Shown here in pieces: positions 1 to 11,830 of a stretch of 64,000 nt of DNA (position 1 is its first letter; each line of letters begins with the position of its first letter). Below the pieces are notes generated by a model, which was not told the DNA's origin, ran no database searches, and worked only from the letters and a program-made list of their open reading frames with translations. Both the position numbers and the translations under genes were made by a program. This stretch comes from Raillietiella orientalis (lineage: Eukaryota): NCBI GenBank assembly GCA_036172245.1, contig JAYWIR010000006.1, positions 4,712,001 through 4,776,000 of the forward strand, in the 5' to 3' direction.

Positions 1-250
1 TCCCTTCCCTCATCCATCCCCAAGTTTATTTATTTTCATTTTTTTTGTTCCTTTTTTTTGTTGTTGTTTGCCCCCCCCCGCCTCCCCTTCCTCTTCTGCC
101 GCGACTGAGCTCACCGGTCTGCGTAACGGTACCCCGACAGGCTCCCGTTAAATTGCACATGGTTGGACCACCAGTTCAATCACAGAGATGATGACTGTTT
201 CTTTTTTTATATATATATGGAATAAACTCCCCGGTGCACCCGGGTAACCA
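1..250 (+). mobile_element. 3' UTR of L1/Tx1-like LINE (ORF2 lies left of the window)
   Basis: Starts TCCCTTCCC as seen after the ORF2 stop in other copies; T-rich tract, hairpins, AATAAA (221-226), CCCGG-TGCAC-CCGGG. Confidence 0.7.
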
Positions 251-409
251 TCCGCAGTCCGACATCAGGCACGGGACCCACACCTGGCGCGGTTTGGGAG
301 TGCCAGCGATAAGCGACGAGGTGCAGCGCAGATTGTCCCAATGCAGAAACAGCAGCGCTTCGTGCGGAAACACCGAGGTGTTCCAACACCAGGGACTTCA
401 ACACTATTC

Positions 410-620
410 CCGCCACGCGTGTTGACTCTTCGAGTTAGGGGTTTCCTGGGAAGGGACCACTCTATGAATCCAGGGAGGCTCCGGAGGAAGGAGTCCATTC
501 CTCTCTTGGGAAGTAACCCCGAAGGCAACATTCCACCCTGGTTGTCTCCGGAGGGACCCCTTGGAAGGAGCCAAGACGATGGGGCGGACGTCTCTGCCTC
601 ATCTCTTATCGCGCTTGGCT
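410..620 (-). mobile_element. SINE-like repeat, internal fragment
   Basis: Colinear similarity to 57540-57700. Confidence 0.5.
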
Positions 621-1600
621 CCTGACTCCTCGCCCACGTGCGAACGGTTCCCTGCAACCAGGCGCTCCCGCTCGCGGGGGGGAGGGGGACAGGAGATCCA
701 GAGGATATTCTTCCTGGCCAGGTGGCCACCTGCCGAAGGCGCGGTTCGCCATGGATGAGGCTGCGAGGACGGCGCTCAAGGAGAGACACGATTCCCACGC
801 TGCCAATGACTTGCTGGGCGAGAAGGCGCGCAGGTTGGTGCTCGGTGGTGCTCCACATCTTTGCCACGAGGACAAACGTCCGCAACTGGGGCTGCAGCTC
901 CAGTCGCTCCCGTGTCGAGACAGGCCTAGACCGCCGTCCCGGCGAGGAGTGAACAAGACTCGGGCCTCCCTTTGCCCCCAAGAGCGATCCGGAGGAGGTC
1001 CTCCGTCCGCTTTCTGATGCTGCATGGCGAAGGAGCAAACAAAAAGCAGGGGTCAGAGGAGGAAGGCCACGAATGAGTTTTGCAGGACAGCTCGTCCCGG
1101 AAGGAGGAATCTGCCATTCAGAAACGGGCTGAGCGTCGATTCTGCCTTTTGGAGGAAACAGGACCAGCCTGTTGTTGCGCAGAAGTTTCTCAATGAGATT
1201 CCCAGGTACTTCAAGCACCTGATCGTGGGGATCCCCAAACAAATCCAGTCCGGTTGCCCTGCCCGTGCCTCACCAACGGGAAGCACAGTCGCCGACTTAG
1301 TCCTGTTTCTATGCACAGCAGCTTCTCGGTGGATCAGATAGAGGGATTCCTCGAGCGATGCTGTCGGGGCTGACATGGTTGACAGGACCACCTTCAGGGA
1401 GGCGCAGCAATCTGTACGTGGGCATCTGATGGCCAAGCCAGGAGCTCCTGTTCTTTCAAACTGCCGTCCTATTCGTCTAACAGGGAAGCCCCGAGAGCCC
1501 TGGAAAATCGGCTTCCCGGGAACAGCGTGCATTCCTGTGTGAGACGCCGTCGAGATTTTCTTGACTCTCTCTGGCCGCCGGATGCGCAATCCCTCGTGGC
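620..1600 (-). mobile_element. Decayed L1/Tx1-like ORF2 fragment (RT end and thumb)
   Basis: NRTKS...LKYLGISL...FLLPGRAVLQNSF...PRRDGGLGL. Confidence 0.75.
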
Positions 1601-2287
1601 TCTCCGGTTTGACCACTTCCTTTGCACCACCGAATGCAAAGCATCATTGTTTGGTTCCCTTTGCCTCGCGGTGCGCGCTCAGAGCGATGCGCAGGCAGAG
1701 AGAGGTCTCTGAGAGAACTGGAGGCCGAAGCTTCAGAGGAGGAAATTTCCATCAGTCGAGAAAGCTGCCATCTCCAGACAGACCGAGTCCTCCAAATCGA
1801 CACGCAACTGAATGCGTTTCATCCACCCGCTTCTCGAGAGTTGCGGCATGCAGAGAAAAATTGATAGATGGCTTGAGTTAGCCCTTTGACGCTGGGCAAA
1901 CAGCGTAGTCGTAAACGCTTCCAGCGATCCATCAAGTGAAGGATTACAGGAACAGCAGGAAAGCTGAAGCTGCAACGTCCGGTTCGCTTGCGAGAAACGC
2001 AGGAATGCTCCAGATGCCTGCAAGTCGTTGCTTCGTTGCTCGCGGAGAAGAGCAGGCAGCTTCCCCCAGGAAAGACCACATCCATCGGATGTAAACTTCA
2101 CACAAGCACTCTAAAGATTCCATTGTAGATAGATGATGAGCGTCCACTCCTGTTGCAGTCCCAAAAGGCTGGAAACCTTCTCAGTGAGCACACAATATAG
2201 AAATGCTCACGGCTGCAGCTGCTGTAAATATCAGCACCTTCGGTGCATCAGGTTGAGATCTTCTAGGTCAGTTTACTTCATTTCATG

Positions 2288-2319
<32 letters not shown>

Positions 2320-3439
2320 GGGGGGGGGGGAGGGGGTGATCTCAGATGTGTATTTTTTTGAAAGGTCAACCTTCCACTGCATTCTGCTGTTTTACTTTGG
2401 AAAGCGTACGTTCAAGAATTTTCTCCACCGTAATTCCTGCAGCCCTTTTTTTTTTTGGCACCGGAGGCAGGCAAGCAAATGCCATTTATGCCATAATGAA
2501 TTCAGGGATTTCCCTGCTTCGCTCATTTCTAAACCGATCGAGATGGATGGATCCTTGCTCGTAAACGAAAATGTTTCCACGCCTGTGGTTCCTGTGACGA
2601 ACGTTTCTTTTTTCTGCAAAGCCCTCGTTGGACAAGGTCATGCACCCGTTTGATCAATTTCCATATTCTAAGCAATTTTTTTTTTCTTTCTCTCTTTCTT
2701 TTCTCTTCATTTGCGGTGAAAGTTTTCATTTGGGTGTGGACTCTGAGCTTGTATAACGGTTGGGATGGACCAGCGTGCTGACTGAAGGAGGTCTCGCGGG
2801 TCACTTTCAAGCGAACCCTCCACAGTGCTCAAACACGGACAACAGCGGCGCGGGAAGGAAGGGAAACTCCTCAACAAGACGCTGGAGGCAAAGATCCGGG
2901 AACACGTTTGCACGGTCCACCACCTGCTGTATCTTGAAACTTCACTGCTAAGATATATCTGTATCGGACCGGGTTGATGACACTAAATCGAATGGGATTA
3001 TCGCTTTTACTGTGGGAAATGGGGAGATCGTAAGCCGCTACTGCTGCGGATGCTGTGCTGCTTGAAGAAAACACGGTACGCCGCTCAGAGCTGGAACACA
3101 GCCAATAAGAACTCCGAGTTGTAATGCAAAGTTGGCTGTTTGTATGTGTACGCAGCCAACTGCGCATTGTATTTACACGGTACGTGTAAGCCACCTTACT
3201 CTTCGTAAGTTCATGCTCCAGCGACAGCTCAGCCATTCTTTGGCGGAATACGCGATACCGCCCAACGCGTGGGGCCTGGGGACTGGGTCTCAACGGTGAG
3301 AACCTGAGGAACACCTCCACAACTTCCTGTAGGGAGACCGCTTCCTCTGCTTCCGTATGGACACTCGAGGGCTGGGACGAGACGGAACTCTCGGACCGAG
3401 GGTTCCGCACGAATTTCCCTGTAATTTCCGGAACCGGAT

Positions 3440-3680
3440 CCGGGGAAAGATGCCAGGGACGAGTGCGCCTTCTGGGAGGCTCGGAGTTATCTCAGAAAGT
3501 GGACGTGTGAAGAACGGGCGAGTTCAAGTCTGGGGGGAGGGGTGCAGTTCGACGGGACCCTCCTGGAGATCCCCACGGGCAGGTAGTTCAAGTACCTTGG
3601 CGTTCCTTTGGGCGACTCCGGCGCTGCCGAAGCGTGGTCGGACTGCCTTCGGAAGGCTCTTCACTCGGTTACTCCGAGGC
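3440..3680 (+). mobile_element. Short LINE RT fragment
   Basis: FKYLGVPLGDSGAAEAWSD, closely matching the copy near 49560-49620. Confidence 0.65.
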
Positions 3681-3839
3681 TTTTTTTTTTTTAACAAAAA
3701 TGAAACCACATAAAACAAGAAACAAAGTTCCTTGTGCTTCATTAAAAAAAAAGAAAAGAAACAAAAAAAAGTTCACCTTGGGAGGTCACTCCGACTTGCA
3801 GGTCAGCTTAGAAAACTCTCCGAAGCATTGTTGGGAACA

Positions 3840-4983
3840 AGATGGTATATAAATGAATTAAGGAGGGTAGTGGATGGGGTCACCGGGATTCCTACTCCTT
3901 TTTTAAAACTGCTGCATGGTGTTGGCGAACTCCCTGCTGACTTCTGTCTTGAGATGGGACCACCTGCAAGCCTTCCTCATGAGGGAGGCAGCAATGCAGG
4001 TGGCTTCCCGTTGTCGTCGCTGCAGACTTCAAAAGGCTGAGATGATCCTGACCCGTTCTTGGATGGTAATTTCTTCTTGCCTGAATGGACCGCCATTTGG
4101 AACACTTTTGTTGCTCCCCTCTTCCCCCTGTTTTTTGTTTGCCCACTCCTTTACTGGGCCAAGCTCCGGGCTCAACACCTGTTGAGGAACGCCCTTTGGG
4201 GACCTGCGAATCCAGATCCGCCCCAAAGACTCGTCGGTTCCGAGTGGGGATATCGGCTTAACTATCCTGATGCTGGAGAGAATCGGGCCTCAAGTGCAGT
4301 TCCGAATGCTGGTGCTCTGTGCCAAGCTGTGGAACCCCATCCAAAGGGAGGAAACCTCCACAACAGAAGCAACTGGCGTCCGATTGCTGTGATCAGTACG
4401 GACGCCAAGATGCTCGCGAAGCTATGGACTGAAGCCTGGGGCGGTCGGCGGAAACGTTCATCAGCCCGGTGCAGAAGTACCCCATCCCCAGACGCAGCGT
4501 GGAAATCAATCTGTTCCTGGTCAGCTCCTGGATTCAGTAGCAACAAAGGGTTGCGCCAGTCGGCCAAAGGAATCCTGAATCCCGAGATGGTCAGAGATCG
4601 GAAGGCCACGTCGAGAAGGAGGCGCCGGGAGCCCTTGCAGTCGCAGTCCATTTGCAAATGCACCGGTATTCGATCTGTATTCGACAAGGAGCTCCGTTTG
4701 GAACTTCTGGAACGCAAAAGATTACCGGATGTCCTCCTGTCCTACCTGCGCTCCTGCTGGAGCGATGCGATGATTTATATTTTTCTTTCAGCGGTCGACA
4801 CGTGTACGGCTTACCGCGCTGCGTCGGCAAGGAGACAGCCTGAGCCCGTTGCTCTTCGGCATCTACTTCGAGTTGGTGCTGAGAGCGTACAGGACAACTC
4901 TTGCTGCCCTTCCCGCCTCGTGCCCCGGCCCTGCCGTATCGGCCCATGCCGACGATCTTCTGCTCTGTCTGGCTCCAAGCACC
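3840..4983 (+). mobile_element. Decayed L1/Tx1-like reverse transcriptase, cut by an AT-rich element at 4984
   Basis: NWRPIAVISTDAKMLAK; FDK; GDSLSPLLFGIYFELVL; AHADDLLL. Confidence 0.8.
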
Positions 4984-5380
4984 GAACGATCAAAATCCCG
5001 AATGGCCGAAATCCTGGAAGATCCTACAAAATATACACATTATTTTATTCCACTATCTTCTAACTGCCGTCAATATTTCTTATTTTTTATAATTTGATAT
5101 TTACATATTCATTTAATATATATCTTATACATAAATATATGGAAAAAACGCATTAATGTATTTTTATAATCTTATATATATATATTATTAAGAATATATT
5201 GATGCAGATTATCAATTATATTAACAATGTGCACGTTAGTACATATCAATAAAATACATATATGAAGAACAATATAAATATGAGCAATACGTTGGTTAGT
5301 AAATATCAATAAATATGTATTCTAAAATCAATTTGTGCATTATAACAAATAATAAGTGTATATATTAGCATACATACAGA
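4984..5380. mobile_element. AT-rich MITE-like element, left end
   Basis: GAACGATCAAAATCCCGAA at 4984-5002, then a very AT-rich body. Confidence 0.55.
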
Positions 5381-5879
5381 GCTTCAGATCAATTTTTTTG
5401 CTGTTCGAGGTATGGTTCTTGGGCCCCTCCCGAGGGAACATCAATGAATCCGAGCGAATCACCTGCAGGAGTCTTCTCTCGAGGCGCTGCCAAGCAAGAT
5501 GGAAGGGACCGTTGCACGTCTTCCTTGCTTTCCTTGGATCTGACCTCTTGCACATGGGCGCCCCATCCGCTCAGTTCTTCGAGATGGCTTGGCGCCCTCC
5601 AGCTGCTTCGCTCATCACCGAGACGCTGTAGCGTGACTGCAGGCCCTACGAAGAGGAAACCAAAATGCAAAAGTCCTCTTGTCCGGAACCCTCGTTCCTT
5701 AAGCCTGCTTCATGGAAACGGTTGTTGCGAGGAGCAGCAGCTGGTGGGAGGCCGCCGCTCGATCCCTCCCGACGAACGGCATGTCCTCGTCACTTTCGTC
5801 CACTCCCATGCTTGATTCCCACGACCCACAGGCCGCGTTCGAGTGGATCGTGGACTCGACATGGACACCACCTTCACTC

Positions 5880-6770
5880 TTGCAGGTGCCGACACCTCTT
5901 CCGTCTCAGTCACGTGCTTTTGGAAGCCGTGCGCGGAATGTCCCTTCATACGTGTGCGTACGGAGAGCATCACTGCAGTGGTGCGAAATTCCAGAAACGG
6001 GAACTTCTCTTCTGCCCAGGGACATGTGCGCGCCGCTTCGGAACGCTGGACTCGGCCTCCTGATGCTGGAGGGGATGGAGCGTCAGCTACAGTCCCGAAG
6101 AACAGCCCTGGAGAGGGACGAAGTTTTGGACCGCCCGTTGGTGCGTCCCGGCTCGGTGCAGCGAGCAGCCGGTCAGGAAAAATTGACCTCGGTCCTGTCT
6201 TGCAGCCACCGGAGACTGCAGCGATGCGGCTGCCAGCGCCTCCAGATGGTTGCCTTGGCGCAGGAGCGTGAGCCCGGATCTCCTGCTAGCCCGCGAACTG
6301 CGGTGCCTGGCAACGGGAAGCAGCAGCCCGGACGTGGGCTGAGATGAGCGGCTCGAGGGAGCCTCGGGAGCAGCTCAGAGTCAGCCGCACTGCAGACATG
6401 TCCGCTGCTTGTTGCAGGACAGAATGGGGGGGGGGGGCAAGGGAGACCTCGTGGGCTGGAAGAACGCCGCTTACCGCAGCGCTGCCGTTCTCACGGGCGG
6501 AAGGAACTGCTGGGTTGTTGGACAGCGTTTCCGCCCCTGCCGTCTCCCAAAGGGCTTTTCCGCCGAGCGAATCACCTTAGAATCCCTTTAGGCGAAGTGG
6601 ATGCCCTCACGGTGTTCTTGGACGGCTCCCTCCTTCCCCTGCATTGGCGGAACTCGGCGTCGCGACTGCTGCGCGGGGCTCTCCCGCTCAACTCCAGCCT
6701 GCGCCGCTGGATTAGGGAAAGGCGCGGCCCCGGACCGTGCGAGGGGGGACAAGGGGGACACTTCGCCCCC
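5880..6770 (+). mobile_element. Decayed LINE ORF2 post-RT/C-terminal fragment
   Basis: MCAPLRNAGLGLLMLEGMERQLQ; LPLHWRNSA. Confidence 0.65.
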
Positions 6771-6779
6771 ACCTTATTT

Positions 6780-7060
6780 CCGGGTTTCCTTTTTTACGGT
6801 TTTCGAGGGCTGCTGAAGAACCGTTCGCCTCCCCCGTAGGGAGGGCTCTCAAGAGCTCTTTAAGAACCGCCGACTCTGCCCGGGGAGGCGTGCAGCGACC
6901 TTCCTGTGAGTCCAGGAAGAGCTCCCGAGGAAAGAGCCCGTCCCTCTCTTACGCCTTGAAGGGAGCCCCGAAGGGAACGTTCGCCCTTATTTCTCCCTGG
7001 AGGAACCCCCCAGAGGGGGTCGTTCCCCCTTTCTTCTCCGGAGGGAACCCGCAAGGGAAC
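6780..7060 (-). mobile_element. SINE-like repeat, 3' portion
   Basis: Reverse-complement similarity to about 8200-8490, including the tail. Confidence 0.55.
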
Positions 7061-7834
7061 TTTTCGAATGCAACGCCGACCACGTCCCTCGCCTGCCGCG
7101 CAGCTTCCCACTTCGTCCGCGGAATCGTGGCGACCCGAAGCCCCGACAGCAGAGGAGGACGGGGCCGCGGACGCCACCCTCGCCTTCTCCTTCCTGAGGA
7201 CCGCGGCGGGACGGCCGCACCTGACACGCACCCAGGGGGAGCTCGCCGGCATCTTTGAAAGGATGCAAGGGACTCCAGGGAGAACTCTGCGATCGCTCCC
7301 CCTCCTTTCCAAACGTCTCGAAACTTGTTTATTATTTGTTTCCCCCGTGTGGTCCTCCTCCGGAAGCTGCTCCCAGCAGCGACATCCACGGTGACTTACC
7401 AAATAAGCTGTACTGAAATCCTGCTACGGACAAAAGGCCCTTCCGCTTTTCCTTTTCTTGAATGTTTTGTTGTTAAGATTAATTTTATTTTTAGAATAAA
7501 CGCCTCGGCGTGATTCGGTGGAAAAGCGGAAACTTTCCTGCTTATCGTGCCACGTGGGGGAAAGCAGGTGGCAGTTCTAAGAATCTGACAGCGCAGGAGT
7601 GGCGTCACTCTTCCAGGAGGCTTTTCCATCAGCCTTCAATGGCGAGGGAGTCGGACGCCAGAATTTCCGTTATCGTGAGAACAAGGAAAGCCCTCCCGAG
7701 AAACCGGTCGAGCTTCGGATGCTCATTCCGAGTCAGCTCTGGTGGCGTACACCCCCTTTGCCAGCCGGGCCCGCACCAGAACAGAAAGACACAGTCGTCG
7801 CATTCGAAAGAGGGGCGTTTTTAAACAGGGCCGT

Positions 7835-8490
7835 GAGGAGTGGGCATGCGAAGGTACCAGGCGTCGCGGGTTCTAATCCTGCCTGGGGAAGGATGGACTC
7901 AGAGAACGGGGTGGGTGGGTTTCGAGTCCCCTCCGCAAGATGACGCCGGTTGGTCCTCCGGTTGGCTCCGGGTGCAACAGCACTGGTGGAAGCTGAAAAA
8001 CCGGATGCTCCCGATGAGCAGCACCCCGGAGTCCTTCCAGGAATCAAGGAGCCGGTTCCTTCCTGGGATTCCCTCCGGTTGTGGAAATGGAGTCGCCTCC
8101 TTCCTCAGGGGGAAAGGGGACGACCCTCCATCGCATACTGCTGTTGATGCCCTCCTCGGCTGCTGCTTCTTCAGAGTGGGAGAAGCGCGCTGCTCCTTTT
8201 GAGGTTCTCTTCAGAGGAAGAGGCGGGGAGCGGTTCCCTTGAGGATCCCCTCTGGAAAAGAAATTCATGAGTGACCCCCTCCGGAGAGAATGAGGAAGAG
8301 AGGGAACGGGATCCTTCCTCCGGCTCCTTCCTGGATTCATGGGGTGATTCCTCCGGGGTTGTTACCCCCTAACCTGAAGAGTTACTGCACGCACTCTCGC
8401 ATGGAGCGGACAGCGCTAAAGAGCCCCCCCCTCAGGGGAGGCGACTGTTCACCAGCACTCCTCGAGAACCAAAAAAAAGAAAAAAAAGCT
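7835..8490 (+). mobile_element. tRNA-headed SINE-like repeat, most complete copy
   Basis: T-arm/B-box-like GCGGG-TTCTAAT-CCTGC head, body homologous to 57480-58145 (-), A-rich tail. Confidence 0.6.
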
Positions 8491-8589
8491 GCAAAGAAAG
8501 CAGACAGAACAGAAGAACCCAAAGGATTTCCCATCACGTAGGCGACCTCCCCGTGAAATCGCTACTGACCTATTTTTAAAAAAATAAAT

Positions 8590-9590
8590 AAATAAAAATC
8601 GCGAACGCCGGAATGCCGAAGGATCACAAACTTCGAACGTCGAAATCTCGAAACATCATAAAAAATAAATATATATTAATATATAGACTAGCGTATCTTA
8701 TAAATATCAGAAAAAAATAAAGATATACGCTTACTGTGCATATTAATACATGTATTTATATATAGATTAATGTGCAGATTTATTTTAACATGTATGTTTA
8801 TTAACGTTTGTTAACATGCATATTATTGATATAATTAACAATGTACATTAATGTGTTGTTAAGATATACATCAAGAATTAAAAAAGCAAATAAATACGTT
8901 CATTTTGTAGATTGTATATATACATATATACATACATACAAATAATACAATATGTATAAGTATCGAATTTAAAAAAAGCATAAAAAATAGCCGTGGCAAT
9001 TAAAAAACGGCGGGGAAAAAAATGGAGAAGCGAACAAATAAAGAGAAACCCAAACGGAGATTGCATTTCATTTCCAACACTGAAGAAATGACAATTCCTC
9101 AGGAAATGACGAATTACATTTTCGGGATTTTGATCGTTCCATAAATACTTCTACTTCGATAATTATATATTCATTTTATGCGTTTTTATTATACGTATGA
9201 ATATATATGTTAATATGCATAGTAAACTCATGTATTTCTAATCTCTACAACACATGGTAATCTGTATACAAATATGTATTAATATACAATAAACATTTCA
9301 TAAGTCATGTCAGTAATATGTATCTAAATAAATAGTAATGTATATAAACGTTAAAACAACATTACTAGTAATAATATATATCAATAAATATTAATAAACA
9401 CGTATGTGAGAGTGAATTTCCGTATTTATATATAAATACAAAAATGACTACACCCAATAAGTACATAAATTTATTTTTCATAATCTCTACCATGTATATT
9501 AATGTATACTTAAATATACATATTCCCATACATATTAAACATGCGTATTTATGTTTCCCCATCCTTCGTGTTCGGGATTTCGAACCGAAC
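8590..9590. mobile_element. AT-rich MITE-like element(s), probably nested
   Basis: Degenerate CGAAATCTCGAA left motifs; right-end motifs TTCGGGATTTTGATCGTTC (9121-9139) and TTCGGGATTTCGAACC (9571-9586). Confidence 0.6.
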
Positions 9591-9639
9591 CCCAGCCAGG
9601 GATTTGATGTGAAGAATTCCGCCCCTGGCGACGTGCCAC

Positions 9640-10400
9640 CTCTCTCGCCGGAATGGCACCGCTGCAGCCTCCTTTCTTGTGCTTCGCGAGGTGGATGCTG
9701 TGCTAAGCAACAAGACCGGTTGATTCCGTTACGTCAGCGAAGCTGACGGCTGGTTTCGACCCCTCTGCTTTTCCCGGGAACATCCCTTTGATCGACCTTA
9801 CACTGAGTGAATGGCACCCCTGAGTGATTACCGACCGGTTCCCATAGCTGGACCGATTTCTATCCGCCTCCCTAGAAGTTCCCCGCACTCTGCAGCCTAA
9901 ACCGGGAGATACTGCTTTTGCTCCTGGGAGATGCCGTACAGATGAGGCCTCCCTTCTGCAGCACCGGCTGGAGTTCTGGCATTGGGTCCACGGGAGGAAG
10001 TTCGCTCTCAGGGTCGGGAGTGTGCGTGGCGGTTGCATCGGAAATGACGCTTGCGCCGCACGCTGGCTTGTGGCAGGAAACGTGACCTCCGAAACCAGCT
10101 GGTGGAGGTCAAGAGGAGTCGGGAAGAATGGAGAGGGTGTCGTCTCTGCAAGATGCCCAAACGAAGCACAGACTCCATCTCGTTGAGAGGCAGCTTATCG
10201 CATGCAAGATGCTGGTTCTGGGAGCAGCAGCAACGAGCGTGCCACAGGCGACGTTAAGATGAGAAAGACGTTCCTCGTGGGCTGGGACCCGTCTGCTCCG
10301 TCCTAAGTGAATCCCGAATGGACTTCGCCTAATTTCGAGGGGCTTGCCGAGTCGCTGAAAGAACGGAGCAGATTGCAACGGTCAGGAGGGGTCAGGCTGC
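9640..10400 (+). mobile_element. Decayed LINE ORF2 C-terminal-half fragment
   Basis: Weak similarity to post-RT segments of the other copies; many stops. Confidence 0.35.
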
Positions 10401-11693
10401 TGCGGGACCTGACTACCGCGTGCTCGTCATGTATCTGATCCGGGGTTTCGCGGTTTCGTTGCTTCCCCGGAGGTCGAAGATGCTCTCTCTTATGAGTAGC
10501 GAGGAAGAGAAGGGAAGTGCCTTCGAATGTTTCGTGGTCCACGAGTGGCGGCGTTTATCGGTGCTCTTCCGTTCTCCGAAGCTCTCTCGGGGGTTTGCGG
10601 TGTGCACAGTGAAGCAGCGTGCCTTTTGAAGGCGCTCCACAGGAACTTCACGGCTCTACGCTCACCATGGAATGTGGTTTTCTTCCCTCTTTTTTTTCTT
10701 TCCACAAGTCCTTAACCACGTTTTTTTTTTTTTTTCCTCTTCTCTCCGCGCGTGGTGGATTTGGTCTCCTGCCCCTCTGCGCGTCCTCTCTTGAGCATTT
10801 CGAGAACGATTCTGATGCTAGTTTCTGCGAAGAGCACGAGGATTACATAGACGCGGAAGAGTTCTCTGAAGTTCAGGAATCGTTTCAGGAGATATTGAGG
10901 GTCAAAGAAGTGCGTTTGAACCCGAAGGAGGATTTTTTTTTTATAGGAATTTCTTTTGTAGAATTTCATCTTTGGATGGATTTCCCGTGTTCGACGCTCC
11001 TGCCACCCTGTTGACGATTCTGCGGTCCTGCTGCCATCTACTGCTTGATTGTCGAGTAGGATGTTTCAAAATTTTGATTGCTACCCTTTAGCACTCTTTT
11101 TCACGGGGTGCCGGGATCCAGCAGCGACTCAGCATCCGTACCGCAGAGATTTCTGCATCCGTACCGCGGACCACTACTGCAGAATGGCGAGTTCGTATCG
11201 CTGTGGATCGAGTAGTTATCCTGCGGAAGTTCACGTTTTCTCCGCTTTTCGTCGAGTTGTCCCTCTCCACGCTGAGAAGCCAGGGGGATTTTCGCGAGGG
11301 GGGCAGTCATTGTGTGCCCGTGCCTTCTGAGACGCAGAAACTTCGAGAAGCGGAAAGCAGCTAAGGAAGGAAAGAATCCGCAAACGTCTGGGAAGTATCC
11401 ACTTTCGAAGGACGACCTCGAACCCCGATGCAGCACGTTCCAAGTGCGCGGTGGTTGCGCGTGTGGAGGGAAGCTGTAAAACAGACAGAAACAGGAAGAG
11501 CGTCCGCCAGGGGTGTGCTCCCCTGAGATCGGTTTAGGAGAGGTGAGCTCCCACGGTCAAAAAAATCCTCATGCCGCCGTCTCCAACTTTCCGATAACCC
11601 TTGAACCTTTAATGATTCTTAACAGGGGGGAGGGGGGGAGTGTCATATCACAAAAGAATCTCTGAATGCCCTTTCCAATCTTTGGAACAGCAT

Positions 11694-11830
11694 TCAAACC
11701 ACGTCCTGGCAGTCTGGAAAGACGTCCGTGATGTTGTCTGGGCACATACAGTACCGGCTGCCGTAGGAGCTTGGGATGCAAATGTGGAACTGGGAGCAGC
11801 CCGTGTGAGGATGCTGGCAGGCGTTGCCAT
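11694..11830 (-). CDS. Ndg: Nidogen exon 24 (terminal EGF, stop)
   Basis: GNACQHPHTGCSQFHICIPSSYGSRYCMCPDN...TGA. Confidence 0.9.

Noticed and set aside
10740..11210. Small spliced plus-strand gene convergent with nidogen (acidic frame, GT-AG-like 52-nt gap at 10910-10961)
   Set aside because: Joining the segments hits a stop within about 30 codons and gives no recognisable protein.
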